Below are positions 1 to 13,879 of a stretch of DNA of 26,622 nucleotides, piece after piece; within the stretch, counting starts at the first letter, position 1, and the number at the start of each line of letters is the position of its first letter. The stretch is from positions 49,716 to 76,337 of the forward strand of contig CAXIUT010000155.1 of NCBI GenBank assembly GCA_964035545.1, given 5' to 3'. The notes under the pieces are model-generated. The model worked only from the letters and a program-made list of their open reading frames with translations, ran no database searches and had not been told where the DNA came from. The DNA comes from Bugula neritina (lineage: Eukaryota > Animalia > Bryozoa). The position numbers were made by a program, and so were the translations under genes.

Positions 1-70
1 CCCAACCCCAACCCCAACCCCAACCCCAACCCCAACCCCAACCCCAACCCCAACCCCAACCCCAACCCCC
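1..70 (+). repeat. Left telomere, (CCCCAA)n
   Basis: C4A2 tandem repeat from base 1, ending in a C5 run at the junction. This is the Tetrahymena-type ciliate telomere repeat. Confidence 0.98.
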
Positions 71-145
71 TCAAAGTTATTGATAATGTTATGCCTTAAA
101 CTATGAAATATATTTTAATTTATTATATTTAGATAGATATAACTA

Positions 146-896
146 TCAATTTAATGGCTGGGGAGCTATTTCTTATTTGATTTCAACGTTTTGAATGCTA
201 ACCATTTCATTCAGATCTTGTGGTTATTCGGAATCAATGATTTCTTCAGATAATTTTTAAGTTTTAAGTTCTTTTTACTTATTTTCTTGTTCTTCAGTCT
301 TTTATGGTTTATTCATTTTTTTTTAATTTTCTTCTCTTTATTTCTTCACTTCTCTTCTTTATTTCTTCATTTATTTTCTTTCTTACTTTGTTTTTTAAAA
401 TGCTACTTATCTTGATTATGAACTAACCTTTTAACGTCTTTTTTATTCATGTCTTTTTGAAATTCTATCATTTTTGTTTCTTTATAACTTATCATCATTC
501 TTCTATTGATGATGTTTTCTCTTTTGAATTTCTTTCTCTCTATGATGTCTTTTCTTTTCATTTTCATTCTCTTAATGATGTTTTTTTTTTCTCTTGATGA
601 TGTTTTCTCATTTAATTATGTCTAGTTCTTGAATGATGTTAACTTGGATTTTTTCTTTTTTGTCTTTTTTATCTCACTTCTTAATTCTTTTTTTCTTATT
701 CTTTTTATGACTTTTAATCCTTTTAATTTGTCTAATCTATTTGAAGATTTCCTGATGGTATTTCATCAATGATGCTCAAGTCTTCATACTAGTTATCATC
801 ATTTGAAGAGGCTTCAAGAGGTTTCTGATCATTTGGTAAAGGTTATTGGGCTAGAAGTAGTACTACTAGAGCTAAAAATACAATAATGGTTTTCAT
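146..896 (-). CDS. Secreted, highly charged K/E/R/H-rich low-complexity protein (~250 aa)
   Basis: ATG at 896 gives MKTIIVFLALVVLLLAQEP (signal-peptide-like). An acidic segment follows (DDNEYED, DETNEKDEKSEK with TAR=E), then repeated (R/K)KHHxEK-like units. It ends EIAPQPLN-TGA at 148-146. At least one frameshift is needed, likely in an A/T run. Confidence 0.75.
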
Positions 897-1209
897 TAGG
901 TTTAAACAAAATATAAATTATATCGTTATTCAAAAATGAAAATGATAAATATTAGAAATAAACATTTAATTTCTTATTGAAATTGTTCCATTTATACAAT
1001 TTTATCTTAAATTCTTTCAAAGAGAACTTAAAAAGATACAATAATATATCAATCATATATAACTCCTCAACAATCATCTCCATTCTGAAAATATACTAAA
1101 TCAAAATTTTAATTCTTGAAGAATCTTATTTAAAATATCAGAGTTTATTTCTATAAAGCAAGTAACTTATAAATCACTCAAATTGCATATCAATATTACA
1201 AAAGCAAAA

Positions 1210-2544
1210 ATGAAAAAGAAATAGTCTAAAAAGAAAGGATCTGTCAACAAAAAGGAAGAGAAAAAATCTATCAAATAGCCTGAATCAAAGGAGCCTATCA
1301 TCTACTCCCGCATTCTGCCACTAGACGAAATTCGAAGTCAGCAAAACAGAAACCCGCCAATACTGTCTGCCCTGGATTAACATATTGCTATGGCTAAAAT
1401 ATCTAAAAAATTTATTCCTGAGTCATTTGAAGATTATGTTGGTTCTTTTGTGGTGGAATAGTACTAAAATAACTAAACCTTCCTGAAGAAAGATATCATC
1501 TATATATAGTTCAAACATAAATATCAGCAAAAGTAATTTAAAATCCATATTTCTGATATGTCTGTTGCTGATACTACTTTGTACTATCTATAGTGGAAAG
1601 AAAAGCAGAACAATGAGAAGTAATTCAAAAATAACCGATTATCAAGAAATTAAAAACAACCTATATATGATAAACTGCTTTAAGATAATGAACCATCCTA
1701 AGAAATTATACTTGGAGAGCCAATTTCTTATCGTGTTTCAGTCCACTGTTTTGATTATGATAAGTCTTAGTCAGATATTTAAGATAATTAGAGGAATTAA
1801 CAAAGAGTGAAGTCTTAAAAAATAGAATAAAAATTAGAGTAAAAAAAGGAGATTGTTAAAGAGTAAAATGAAGCTTAAAATGTATAAAGCGAAGGGGAAA
1901 GTAGTTACGGCGAATAAGAAGATAGTGAATCTGAATCTTCTTACTTGGGTAGCTAAATAGAGAATAGGTGTAAAAAGTAAAATAAATCATCATCTTTTAT
2001 AAAAACATAACCTATGTCTTCTTTAGATCTTTTGAGAAAATCTTTTTCTTCTTCAGGGCTTTTGAATAATCCTTAACCTAAAAAAGATCCTCCTAAACAT
2101 TACATTCCGAAATAAAATAAATATTTTCAAAAGACCAATCCGAAGATTATTTTTGACTATAATTCTACTAATAAACTAGTAATCAAATACAAGTTACTAG
2201 ATTATCTGAAAAACAAAGATAATCGGTTTAACAACATGAAACAAATAAAAATTCATCTTCTTACTTGTGGTTATAATGTACCAGATAAACCTCTCAAAGA
2301 AATGGTGGGGTAGATCTGTATATCGACAAAAATGGACAGAAAAAAAGGCTATATTATCAAATCAGAACATCTCAATAAAGAATAACTTGAATAAAGAGAA
2401 AGAGAAGAAGAGAAGTTGAGAATGGCTGTTCCTAAGAAATAAAGAACAAAAAAAAGTGAAAAAAAGCAAGAACGACAAGAGGGATAGAAGAGTAAATCTA
2501 AAAGCAGAGGAAAGTCTAAAAAATAAGTAAAGAAAGAAGAATGA
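1210..2544 (+). CDS. Hypothetical nuclear protein, 444 aa, with basic termini, an acidic middle and a possible C-terminal winged-helix-like domain
   Basis: Uninterrupted 1335-nt frame from ATG to TGA when TAR is read as sense. TAA sits inside acidic tracts (GE*EDSESES, IE*KLE*KKE, KE*LE*REREEE). Confidence 0.85.
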
Positions 2545-2634
2545 ATAAACAAAAATTCATTCACAAGAGTCTAGATGGCCTGAGTGAATGATATTTGTTT
2601 TATTAAATAAATATTCGTCTACTAATATAAAATA

Positions 2635-3861
2635 ATGAAAATAAACTTCGATTCCTTGCTGACAGAAGATCCAATTACTCTAGACCACTCTATTCTCAAC
2701 TCTACTATTGAACCCGACCAGCCTTCTCCAACTCATACCTTCAAAACACTTCCTGTAACTCAATAACAAACTCCTATCTTCATTCAGTAGCCCCAATACA
2801 TTGAACCATAAGAATAATCTATTCAAAGGATACTATAATTCAAGTTAGCCCTGGCATTGCAGCAATAATAGAAATAGGAGAACAAAAAGAGTCCTGTAAT
2901 AAAAAGGAGAGGTAGAAAATTTAATATGGAAAGAACAAATAAATTGTATAAGCAAGGTACATGTACACAGCGTACGTGTTAATAATACAAATAGCAGAAA
3001 AGTAAGAAAGAATAGGCATAATAAAAATAGGTATAAATATATGAGTTGATCAGAAAATTATAAAAATTGTCAAATAAACCAAATAACCATCAGAAAATGT
3101 ATAATAATGCTCTTGTTAAAGAGATAAGACTTAAGTAGTTGATCAAAAGAACATAAAAATAAAGAATGGATAAGATCCAGAAAACTAAAATTATATCTAA
3201 TGATCAATATCTCTAAAACTATATTCCTTTCTACTAAAGATTAGACTCATAAATTAGCAAAAGTCAATAAAAACAAAAATTCTATCAAAATAGTACAATA
3301 TGTTATCCTTAAACCACCTTCGCACCTCAGCTTCGTGGTAATAAGTATCATGATGTTACTTCTAAATATGCTCAAGATCTTAGTAGTTACTCTAGAGTAT
3401 CTGATTTAAATGATTCTCTCAATACATCTCTTATGAGTGTGATGAGTCTCGATAAATCGATTGAAATTATATCATAAGTGGAGGAATTTTTCTTTGATAA
3501 GATGAAACTTATCTTTGGTAATAACCAGAAATATGTATCTGTTACTCCTGATGCTATATAAATGTTGAGCAATGTTGAATTCAAAATTATGCTGCCATTT
3601 ATTATGGAAATAGAAGATGAGGAAATGACTATAGATAAATTTACATAAAAATTGCGCAACTATTATGAAGTATTTTTTGACTCTATTTAGAATTTGGAGT
3701 TCAGAGACCGCCAAGAATTAAGAAATTATCAACGTAAATCAAAGAAGAGATAAAAAATGAAGAAGATGGCAACAAATACAACTTCTTTTAGTTCAGTTCA
3801 GTGTAAGAGTAGTAAACCTCAAGCAAGAGGGTTTTTGGATAAGTTGACAACTTACGTCTGA
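2635..3861 (+). CDS. Hypothetical protein (~400 aa)
   Basis: Open 1227-nt frame from ATG (MKINFDSLL...) to TGA under TAR=Glu. Probable 21-nt intron at 3670-3690. Confidence 0.8.
3670..3690 (+). other. Probable 21-nt spliceosomal intron
   Basis: GTATTTTTTGACTCTATTTAG, phase 0, GTA...TAG like the other introns. It is in frame, so ORF continuity does not require it. Confidence 0.55.
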
Positions 3862-3921
3862 TAACTTTTCATTGATTTTGCTATTATTTGAATATCAACT
3901 TTATAATAGTCAAATTATATT

Positions 3922-6704
3922 ATGGCTGACGATTTTGAGAGATAGTACTATATACCTCAAAAGCTACTCATACTTCAAACGTAAAACACATCGCTGTGTG
4001 AGTAAAGAGAATCATTTGAAAACAACCTTCGAAACTATGTTAATACGATCAGTGATATTAATCTCTAGTTGGCGCAACAGAAAAAGTAAAATTCATAGCT
4101 GGTATTAAGAAATAAGGAGTTGAGTTATATGTGTCGCAAGGCAGAGTTGTAGGTGGATCGGTTGAATGAGTAATATCAGACTTTGTATCAGATGGTGCAT
4201 ATTGATCGAAAGAGAGGTTTCAGGGAGTTGGTGTTGAAAGAAATCGAGTTGAATAATCGGTTGAATGGAATTCAGTTTTAAGGGCAGGAGCAGTTAGTGA
4301 ATAAACTTAAAGATGACATTAAAATAAAGAATAGATAAATCGCTGAACTGGTTAAATAGAATAGTAAGATCAATAATTAAGGATTGAAAATGGCATATTA
4401 GTATCAAGAGCAAATCATCAAATTGAAGGAAGAGATGATAATGGGTAAAAATTCTAAGGAAGTGAGTGTGTCTATGGAAAATCAGGTTGAATCGAGTATT
4501 ACAGAGAAAGTTCTTGAGGCTAAAAATATAGGATTTGAAGAGTCAGTTAAATATCAGTGAGAAAGAATATTTCAGGTTATCAAAGGAGTTGCTTCTGTGT
4601 AAGAAGTAGTTAAATAGCTAGAGAAAGGAGAAAGAATGGTTGAATATTGCTATGTAAAAACATACTACAAATGTTATAACATCTATGAATTATGAGGATA
4701 TGAAGAAAATGATCTAGGAAAACATTTCATTAAAAAGGAGGTTGGATGTTGAGATGGAGAGAATTAATTTACTTGTCAGAAATAATCCTCATTTGTTGTC
4801 TTAACTTGATGATATCAATATTGAAGGTATATTGCAGGAGTTATAAGATAAAAATAAAAAACTATCGTCAGATTTAAACCTCAAAAATGCATAAATTGAA
4901 TCTATATAGAATGATCTTTCTTAAGCTCTAAATAAGAAGCTAAAGAAATAACAGGAGTATGTTTAATTAAAAAGTCGAAGTAGCACTTTGATACAAAAGT
5001 TAAAGAAGGTTATTACAAATTATGTCCCTTATTTTAATTTTTATGGTTATTAGGATTATGGTTTTAATGAATAGTAAAGAAAGATGTTAGAGGTAAGTGA
5101 AAAGAACAATATTGCTAAAGATTTTGATCGGGTTACTATTGAAGTGATGTAGAAAAAAGATGAAATTAGAAAGTTGTAGAAGAAAATAAAATCTTTATAA
5201 ATAAAAAATTAGGAAATAAGTTAAAGAGAAAAATCTTTAGAAAAATAATTGAAAAAAACTAAATAAGAAGTTGAAAAATTGGTTAATACTATTGCTGTTT
5301 TGACTGAGAAAAAAGAAAGTTATTAAGATAACAGACTTCCTGAGGATTATTAGTCGATAGAATCTCCATTTATTGCAGATATCCATTCAGAATAAAGATA
5401 ATAATAAGTATAAATTTCTCCTGTGATTCCTTCTAATATTTTATCATCTAATAAATAGGTTCCAGCTGAATTGATTCAAGAAAATTTGTAATCACTTCAA
5501 AAAGATAGAACTTAGTTGCTAAAAATCATCAGAGAAAAGGATTGTATGATTGCTTAACAGTCTGCATAGTTGAAAATATCTAGTAAAGAGTGCAGTCCTA
5601 AAATATTATCAGTATAAAATAACAATATGCCAAGTCAGTTATCTTTCTCTTAGGAACCTTTATCGCTGAATAGACCATAATAACTAGAACATATGATGAA
5701 CTCTGAATATACTAAATTAAGAAATTAAATCTCATCGATGAGTCAACTCTATGAGAATTAGATTATATTGATTCAGGAGTAATGTGATCGTAAGTATGTG
5801 GAGTTGAAGGTGAAGTATGGCAAGTTATTGGCTGAGAATCATACATTGAGTTCGAAGTATCAGAAGTTAGAGAACTTGTATATCTAGAAGCAGTAGTCAA
5901 AAGAAAGAGATGATATCGGAGGTATCCAAGAGTGGGAAGAAGAGAGATAGGGAATCATGATGTAGGAATTTCAACCAAGAGATGAAAAAAACGTCATCAG
6001 TGAGACTACAATAAATATAATAAACGATCTTTTGAAGAAATACTAGAAAGAAGTCAACCGATTTACATCACTCTACTAATCAGATTTACTAAAAACAAAC
6101 TAACTAAAGGAAGAAACCCCGTCGCCCTTTAGATACTCACAATCTTGAGAAAGAACTGGTTGGTAAATTGAACAGTCTAGAGCAGGTGATTCTTAGTAAG
6201 ACAGAAACAATTCGAATATTATAAAACTAATTGCGAGAGAAATAATACAATTTCAAAAATGAGAGGTAGAATTATTAATACCATGAGCGTGTGTCTGAGT
6301 AGAGGTTGGTTTAGTTGTAGACAAGAGTGAACAATGCCAATTCTGAGTTATAGAAGTTGGGAAGTAAAAATATTGTTAGTGTATCAGTTCAAGGAGAAAA
6401 TCGAACAAATTTATTTTTGGTTCATGCAATCCAATCGAAAAACAAGGAAATCAAATCATTAGAAGAGGTATATTTATTTTTAATGTAGATTATTGCAGCA
6501 AAAGATATGTAAATTATGGATATCAAAGCCGAACTGACTAGAATATTGACTCAAAACAATGACAACCGATCTAACTTGTAATTGGAGGAATATTAGCAAG
6601 TCAAAAAGCTTTTAGAGAGTGGAAAAATATCAAATTTGCTTGAGCAGACTATCCAAATAGTATAAAAACAAATTGTACCATAGAAATAGGGTTAACAATA
6701 ATGA
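3922..6704 (+). CDS. Large coiled-coil protein (~920 aa)
   Basis: MADDFEREYYIPQKLL... with E/K/L heptad-rich sequence, ending TAA-TGA at 6699-6704. Single-base frame breaks near 4525 and 6118. Intron at 6468-6488. Confidence 0.78.
6468..6488 (+). other. Probable 21-nt spliceosomal intron
   Basis: GTATATTTATTTTTAATGTAG, phase 0, interrupting the coiled coil SLEE|IIAAKD. Confidence 0.7.
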
Positions 6705-6741
6705 TCTACAACTTATAAATACTTCATCTATCATATATTGA

Positions 6742-9700
6742 TCACATCTTAAGTAACTTAGTTACTATCAACCCTAATTCCTTGTTAGAACTACCTCCGA
6801 CCAGCGATTCTCCTTTTCTTTATACAATACGCTTCAAAGCCTAAAGAAGTCGACTTCTCTTAGAAGGATGACTGATTTTACCAATCAACTATTCGAATAC
6901 TTGGTCTTTCCTATCAGGTAGATTATTGTAATTGGATCTTAACTTCTCGACCAAGAGAGTTACATCTTTATCGTCCATGTTTTTTATTTAGTATCCTCGG
7001 AGCAAAACACAGAAATACTCATAGAAAACTTTATTGTAGAATTTGTTTTAGCTGCCTAGAGCATATCTGAACAGTATGCCGACTGCGTGGACAGGCATGA
7101 GTTCTTTTTAAAATATTTTTTTGAGATTTGGCTTGAATAACTAAAAAGCAACTGCATAGTAATCTTTAGCACTAACTCCTTTCTGAATTTTAGTAAATAA
7201 TTAAACAGGAATAATCTATTTAATTGATACTTTCTCTTTGGTTTACATCTTTAACATAGAAGTGGCTATCTAGATACTTTTCTCTTCAATTGATTCTTTC
7301 CAGGAACTGTCAAGTTCTATGAGATATGTTAGAAATGCGAGTAAATTGGACATGTGATTTGTGACTGCACATGCTCTTTTGATTAGTTCGGTGCGTACTG
7401 GAGGATTTTTCAACATATCATATTTCTGGATACATTGTAATGCTTCAGGAGATTATTTTTAGCGATACAAAATAGCAATATCCTAGAAATTAGATTTCTT
7501 TTTGTGACTAACTGGATGGTTTGAAGGCGTATCTGGGAACATCTTCTTTTGCAAGTCAACAAATCTATTTTATCCTTTCTTCTATTCTTCATGTACGTTA
7601 TCTAAACGTCTTTAAATCCGAGATCTCATCGTAATTGGTGTCTGTTGTTAGTGTCCTGTAGGTTGCACGACGTTGATTCCAAAACTATATGATAAAATTT
7701 ATACTTTTTATTTGCAAAAGAGCCAGCCATCATTGACAACCTTCCTTCTTGAGTGGGGGCATAAGTTTTAGTTTTGATTTATTATCTTCTTTTTCTTAAA
7801 TTTTATATTAACTAATTGACTCTTTTAGTCGTATTAGATTTGTATGTTTCTTTGATAGATTAGATATCTTATTTTTATTTCCTTTTTATTTATTAAAATT
7901 CTTTGGCTTTCTTCTCAGCTAAACTCATCTAATTATTTTATCTTCGCATTTAATTTTACATCATAGCGTGTCTTTAATTACCTTTTTTGATATCAGTAAC
8001 ATATTAATTAAGTTGTCGATTTAGTACGTTTAATCTACTATCTTATTGTACTTAATGAGTTCTATTGATATTTTTTTGGATTTGTTTTTTATATTATCCT
8101 ACTTATTTTTGCATTTATTCTTATTATTTGAGTTGGTTTTTAGAGCGAGAATAGATTTATGCTTTTAGGGTGGCTGATACTCCATTTGTTTATACATCTA
8201 CTAATTTTATATCTGGATTTTAACCTACTGTTTTCATGTATTCATTATAATATGTTTATAATTCATTTTTCATTTAGATTAGAGGTCTATTGCTATCATC
8301 TTTATATAACATCTTTTATAATTTACTCAGGCAGATGTTTATATCTTTTATTACGTCTTTACGCTATTTTGCATCCATTAGTAGTAGCATCTTGCTCTAG
8401 AATAAAGTAAAGGAAGGATAGAATTCACTTTAGATAAATTGTTGGATTGCTTTTAGATATGAAGTTGTCAAAAAGTATGAAAAATATTATGTTGTTTGTC
8501 GTTATTGATCGTAAGCATCAGTAAAGCTAGCAAAATAACCACGAGCTGAGTTCTTTAAACTATCATTACGTACTATTTTGGCTCTTACTAGTAAAAAGAA
8601 AGCATCAGAGCGACGATATTTACCCATAGATAATTTGAACAAGTCACAGATATTGTTATAAAATTGTAATTTTTATTAAGGTGACTAATTAATGATACCC
8701 ATCATTCCTTAAATTTGACTACGCTATGCTCTAACAACAGATTTATCATCTTTGTTTTAAGTTTATACTACTTTAATAGGCATAAAACTTTTAATTTGGT
8801 ATCTTTCAATCATGATTTATAGATTGTTTCTGATGAGACTGGTAGTCTATGGACTGAGAATCATTTTGACCACATCTGCTGAGAAGGAAGTAGAAGTGCC
8901 TTCTTCTCTTTTGCCTGCAGCTAAAAATAATAGCAGTACATCTCTGAAGTACTAATTATCATTGGGTATTTTGTATAACATGAGATATTTGGCCATTTAG
9001 AAGAAATTGCATTAGATCATCATGATGCATAATTCTATAAGGAACCTGATAAATTATGAATGATAGTAATCTACTTTTTGACTCCAGATGTGTTCTTGAT
9101 GTGATTAGAATATTCTAAATAGATGTTATATTTTTTATGGAGAATCGTATTGTTTCTTTATGAAATTTTTTATTCCCATTCTGCCTAACATGTGCATCAT
9201 AAATATGAAACTGCTGTGACTGCTTGCTTCATCTTTGATTGCTTGGACATTCAACACTGTTTCTGGTTAAAATTTAGCCAAAAATAAAAGAATTACAAAC
9301 AATGCTCTTTCTTTTCTGATAACTTGTGAATTTTTATTAAAAGCTTATAACATATTTAAAGCCCTATCGATTAATTTCATACTTTAGTCTAATTATTCTA
9401 GTATTGAGATCTTATCGTATTTTCTTTTTATCCAATTTAGAGAATATTAGATGAAGAGCCCATCAATATCAATTTATTACTTGAAATCACTGATCATTTG
9501 ATAATTTTTACTGTTCATATTGTACTAAGTAATATGATAATTTTTAAGTTTCATGATAAAATCTGAAAGTTATTTAAACTTGCCACAATTCAGATAGTTT
9601 TACATCATTAGTTCAAATACTTCACGTTCTTCTGTGTAGAAATCAAGCATATCGAGAAGAATTAACAATAAACCAAAAAATTATAAAGGTTAGTTATAGA

Positions 9701-12700
9701 TATCTGTCTAGGTAAGTTTGTCATTGACACCGATTTCTTAAAATACAATTTTGCACTATGTATTTCCTTAGTAGTTGGTCGATGTGGCAAAGGAATCAGA
9801 GCAATACTTTCTGACTAGATCGAGAATCAGTTTGTTGTCTTATAATTTTGTTAAATTTGAGAAACTAATCAGTTCTTCATAGGTATAATTTAACTAGAAA
9901 GCTAGAAACAGATGATAGAAATAGAATCCGTATGGTATTTTAGCTTAATCTCTTAGCTTGTTTTGAATATCTTCACGTTAGGGTAGAATTTATTTATCTA
10001 GACTTTTTTAGATGTATAGTCTTGTGTTTTAGAGATCGGTTAATTTAAGTAATCTTTTAATAGCACCAAATACTTATATTCTTATTTCATCTGCTTGAAC
10101 ATTTTAGGTGAATTCATCTAAAAAGCTGATGACTTCTTGAGGGGTGACGAGATCTGATTTAAGGAAGAGTTGGAAACGCTAACGGAAGAAACCTCCTTCA
10201 ATGCCGTCATATATTGATTTAACATCGACCAGTATCTTGTTACGGATATGTGAAAATATCTACATGAAATACTCTGGCTCCCCCATAATAACAAATTCTT
10301 CAAGTTTAGGCAACTAAATAGCAATAGTTTTCTTATTCTTATCAGATCTACGTTTAGTCAAAGGTATAAGCAACTATCTATATACTATTAATCGAGCATC
10401 AACATTCTTTTTAAAACTTTATGGTATTAAGTTATCTCGAATAAAGCCAGCAATCATTTCATCAACATCTTTTTAAAACTTCTAACTAGCGCCTTATCCT
10501 TGTCCTTTTGCTATTCCTTCTTTTTATATGATTTACATTTAGTGATATAAAAATTTCATAAGTATTTTGAATGCTTTTTTTCGTTTTATTTAATTAAATT
10601 ATGTAAAAATTTATTTTGATGTTTTTGTTATCATGCAATGCTGTTTAAAAGCTGCATGAGTGAACCAACCTTAAACTTGGAATTGTTAGAATAACATAAC
10701 AAAATTTTTTACTGCCTGATCTGCTTCTTCAGGTTATTTATACTGTCCTCTGATATCTTATATTCTTCTTTTGATAAATACCTATACAGTTTACTCTATC
10801 TATCCTCCCTATTTTAGTTATTACCATAAAATACATTTTTATGATTATTTTCCTTATGCCTAAACCAGGATTGATTTTTAACCTCTCTTGGGTTATCCTT
10901 TTTATTTTTTAGTGTTATTTTAATCAGAAATAACGATGTTGATGGGGTTGAAACTCATGGTTCTTTATCTTTTTTTAGGCGCGACTGCTACTTAATTTTT
11001 ATCGTGTATATAGAATTTCTTTCTTATAATAAAAACTTCACTAGGTTAAGTAAAATTAGGCAAAATAAATTTAAAAGCTTAGATAAACTATCGTATCTAA
11101 TCTACATTTTTATTCATCAGCAAAAAGTAAAAAACTTATTAGAAATTACTAATAACTAATGTTTTAAATTAATTTAAGAAATATTTTAATCGTTTTTAAT
11201 ATTTTTTACAACTGAGCAATTTGATTTATTATTTCAAGGAAGCTGCTCTTAATTTTCCAATTTCTATGAAATCATATTATTTGAAGGTTAAAAAGTTTTT
11301 AGAATATTTGACTTTTTTAACAAACATATCTGATTACATTAGCCATTGCAATATTTTGAATATTTTTTATTTTAGTTATTTTTTTTTTTAAATTAATTTC
11401 TACTAAGTATATTATACTATTTTCTATGCGAGTAGACTACGTAGACGTTGTCCTTGTTTATTTTCCACAATACTTAAAAATTACAAATTATGGCTATCTT
11501 TTTTCAGGATATCGTCTAGTTGTTCCTGTATAAAATTATCGTCTTTTATCATCATCAAAATAGATTATATATCTTTGAGTTTCTTTTCGCTTACGTTCCA
11601 TTTACATTTTAGTAGGTTCATATCAGTTACGTTGAATCTTGAACAGAAATCTTAGATTTATTTTATTGGTTTTTTCTTGTCGATCAGTTGTTATAATTTC
11701 TTTAATGGGTCGTTTTGGTTTATGCAGATTATAGTGAATTATAAAGTTGTTGGGATATCTTTGACTTTGTTTGGATCTGCTTCGACTGCTCTATATATGC
11801 TTTGATTGGGGTAGATTACGTCTTGGGGTTTGACATACACTAGTACCTTTATAATTGATTATACTGTTGATAGCATGACTGAATCGTAAAGAATTTGCTA
11901 GTCGTTGTCGTTTCCTCGGAAGTTGTCGATGGGTGGGGTTTGTAGTTTACTGTATTACTCGTTGAAGAAGATCTAGTGGGCATATATTTATGCTTTTTAT
12001 GAGTAGACCATGATGGTTTGTGAGGCGAGAGAGAGTTGTCCTTTTTTTGATTAACTTTTACTGCTTTTAACTGATACGTTATCCCAGACAATAAACTTTT
12101 TGAAGTTACGTTTGATAAGTACTATTTCTTAATGTAAAGAAAAAATGAAGGTTTATTTTTAGATTTAGTATATTTTAGTGCGATTGAACAAACCTAACTA
12201 GAAAATATGGTCAATAGGAAACAGTTATCCTTGAACTGACTTGATATCACCGTCAATCTAGATATGTAGCTGCACAATGGTTAAAGCCTAGCATGTTCCT
12301 GGTACGATTTATTCATTAGCGCCTCCTTTTATTTTAGACTAATCGACTTTACTTTAAATTCTAGATCCAAAATAATAAAAGGATTGGCCACTGCCTAGGA
12401 CCATTCCAATGGGTTTGAGGGTTTTAAATTTTTATTAGAGTTATTTGGAGGTAGATTTGGTTCCTTCTTCAACTGGAAATTATATTTTTTTGCTTACTAA
12501 TTCTTTCAATTTATCATCGATAAGTTAATCTATCTATTTATGTATTTACATTAGTAGAAATGAGAGGAAGATATGGCTGCTATTCTCTTTCCTCCAAAAA
12601 CAGCTAGAGTTCTAAGTTATTCGATAGATTTATTGGATTATGTGGGTTTGATGACATAGATTTAATTTTATTTTACTATTTTTAGTAACATTAATTTATT

Positions 12701-13139
12701 TATCATTGCTACTAGGAGGTAATACTATCCTTGTTAGGTTGTCATTCCATTGACAGCTTATATTTTTTGTTGCATTGAGTATTAGAATTTGATAAAATTT
12801 CTATTATTCTTTTTATTCTTCTTGTCTTCGTCTATTAAAGAAAACAAATTTATTTCTTTATCTAAACTTATACAGAACATTGATTCATTGATTTTGGTCA
12901 TACGTGGGGAAGGCAACGGATCACCTTTTCCTTATGATTTTGATTATAATGAACTATTGCTGATAGCTGATGTCTGTGTTGATGGTAATTTGATTTGTAT
13001 TGGTTCGGTGGGCATAGGATTAAGACTTTTTGTTTTCCATCGTTAGTCGGATTAGTTGATGTAGCGACGAGTAAATACTTTCTACCAGTCAAAACTCATT
13101 AATTAATATGATAACTGACGATTGAAATATTTCAGCCAT
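6742..13139 (-). CDS. Very large hypothetical protein (~2100 aa): beta-strand-rich N-terminus, long alpha-helical region, charged coiled coil
   Basis: Traced by hand as a near-continuous frame under TAR=Glu from ATG 13139 (MAEIFQSSVII) to ...IVTKLLKM-TGA at 6744-6742. A few frame breaks occur (~13090, 12900-13020, ~12510, ~10200-10300). A 20-nt intron lies at 7685-7704. Confidence 0.7.
7685..7704 (-). other. 20-nt spliceosomal intron
   Basis: GTATAAATTTTATCATATAG on the minus strand. Removing it restores the frame (ANK-N-FGINVVQP). Confidence 0.75.
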
Positions 13140-13264
13140 TTATCATATCAAATATCAAATTACTAGAATTATTATGATAATTATATAGTTTTTTAAAGTA
13201 GGAAATAGATGGATGGTTTATTTTTTAACCAACTTTTCATATAATAATAAAAAAATATAAAAAA

Positions 13265-13879
13265 ATGATAGTTAAGCCTTCAGATTGGACTCCTCAATAT
13301 TTTCATCAAAAAGGATGGATTGGTTCTAAATTTCAAGTGACGAGTCATAACCCAGCTCTTCGTCGTAAAAGGGTTATTACTGAGCAAAACCAGCAAAAAC
13401 TCTATCATAGTACTTAGATAACAAAACCATCGACTGCACCTCATAACAATCGTAGCAAAAATAAGAAAGATTTGAGTGATAAATTATAGAAAATCCAGGG
13501 ACAGTGGGAATAAGGACAGCTCATTTAGAACAGATACAATAATTTCAAAACATCAATTTCTAATAAAAAGCAACTGCTCTACATCAAACCATACACTCAG
13601 TACAAAAACAAATCATTGACTATTGATCAGAAGAAGAATCAGGTTTATCAGGAGATAAATAATCCTGATTTGACTACTTATCTTGAGGCTTATCCTTCGC
13701 ATAATTTGATTGAGTATTTGACGGAGTATAATGATCCTTATAGTGGGGAGGCGGTGGTGAATACTCATAAGAATCGGGGACAGAATAGGACTAGTTTGAA
13801 TGTGTTGAGAGATAAGTTGAAAAGGAAGTGTCAACCTTCGATTTATAAACATAAAATGAATGCAATCAAATTTTAATGA
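13265..13879 (+). CDS. Hypothetical basic protein, 204 aa
   Basis: Clean 615-nt frame MIVKPSDWTPQYFHQKGWIGSKF...NAIKFE-TGA. It includes the track ORF 13616-13876 and is divergent from the large minus-strand gene. Confidence 0.82.

Noticed and set aside
71-95. TGATAWT near both telomeres as a chromosome-breakage signal remnant
   Set aside because: The offsets differ (11 versus 5 nt from the telomere), the motif is common in AT-rich DNA, and two ends are not enough evidence.
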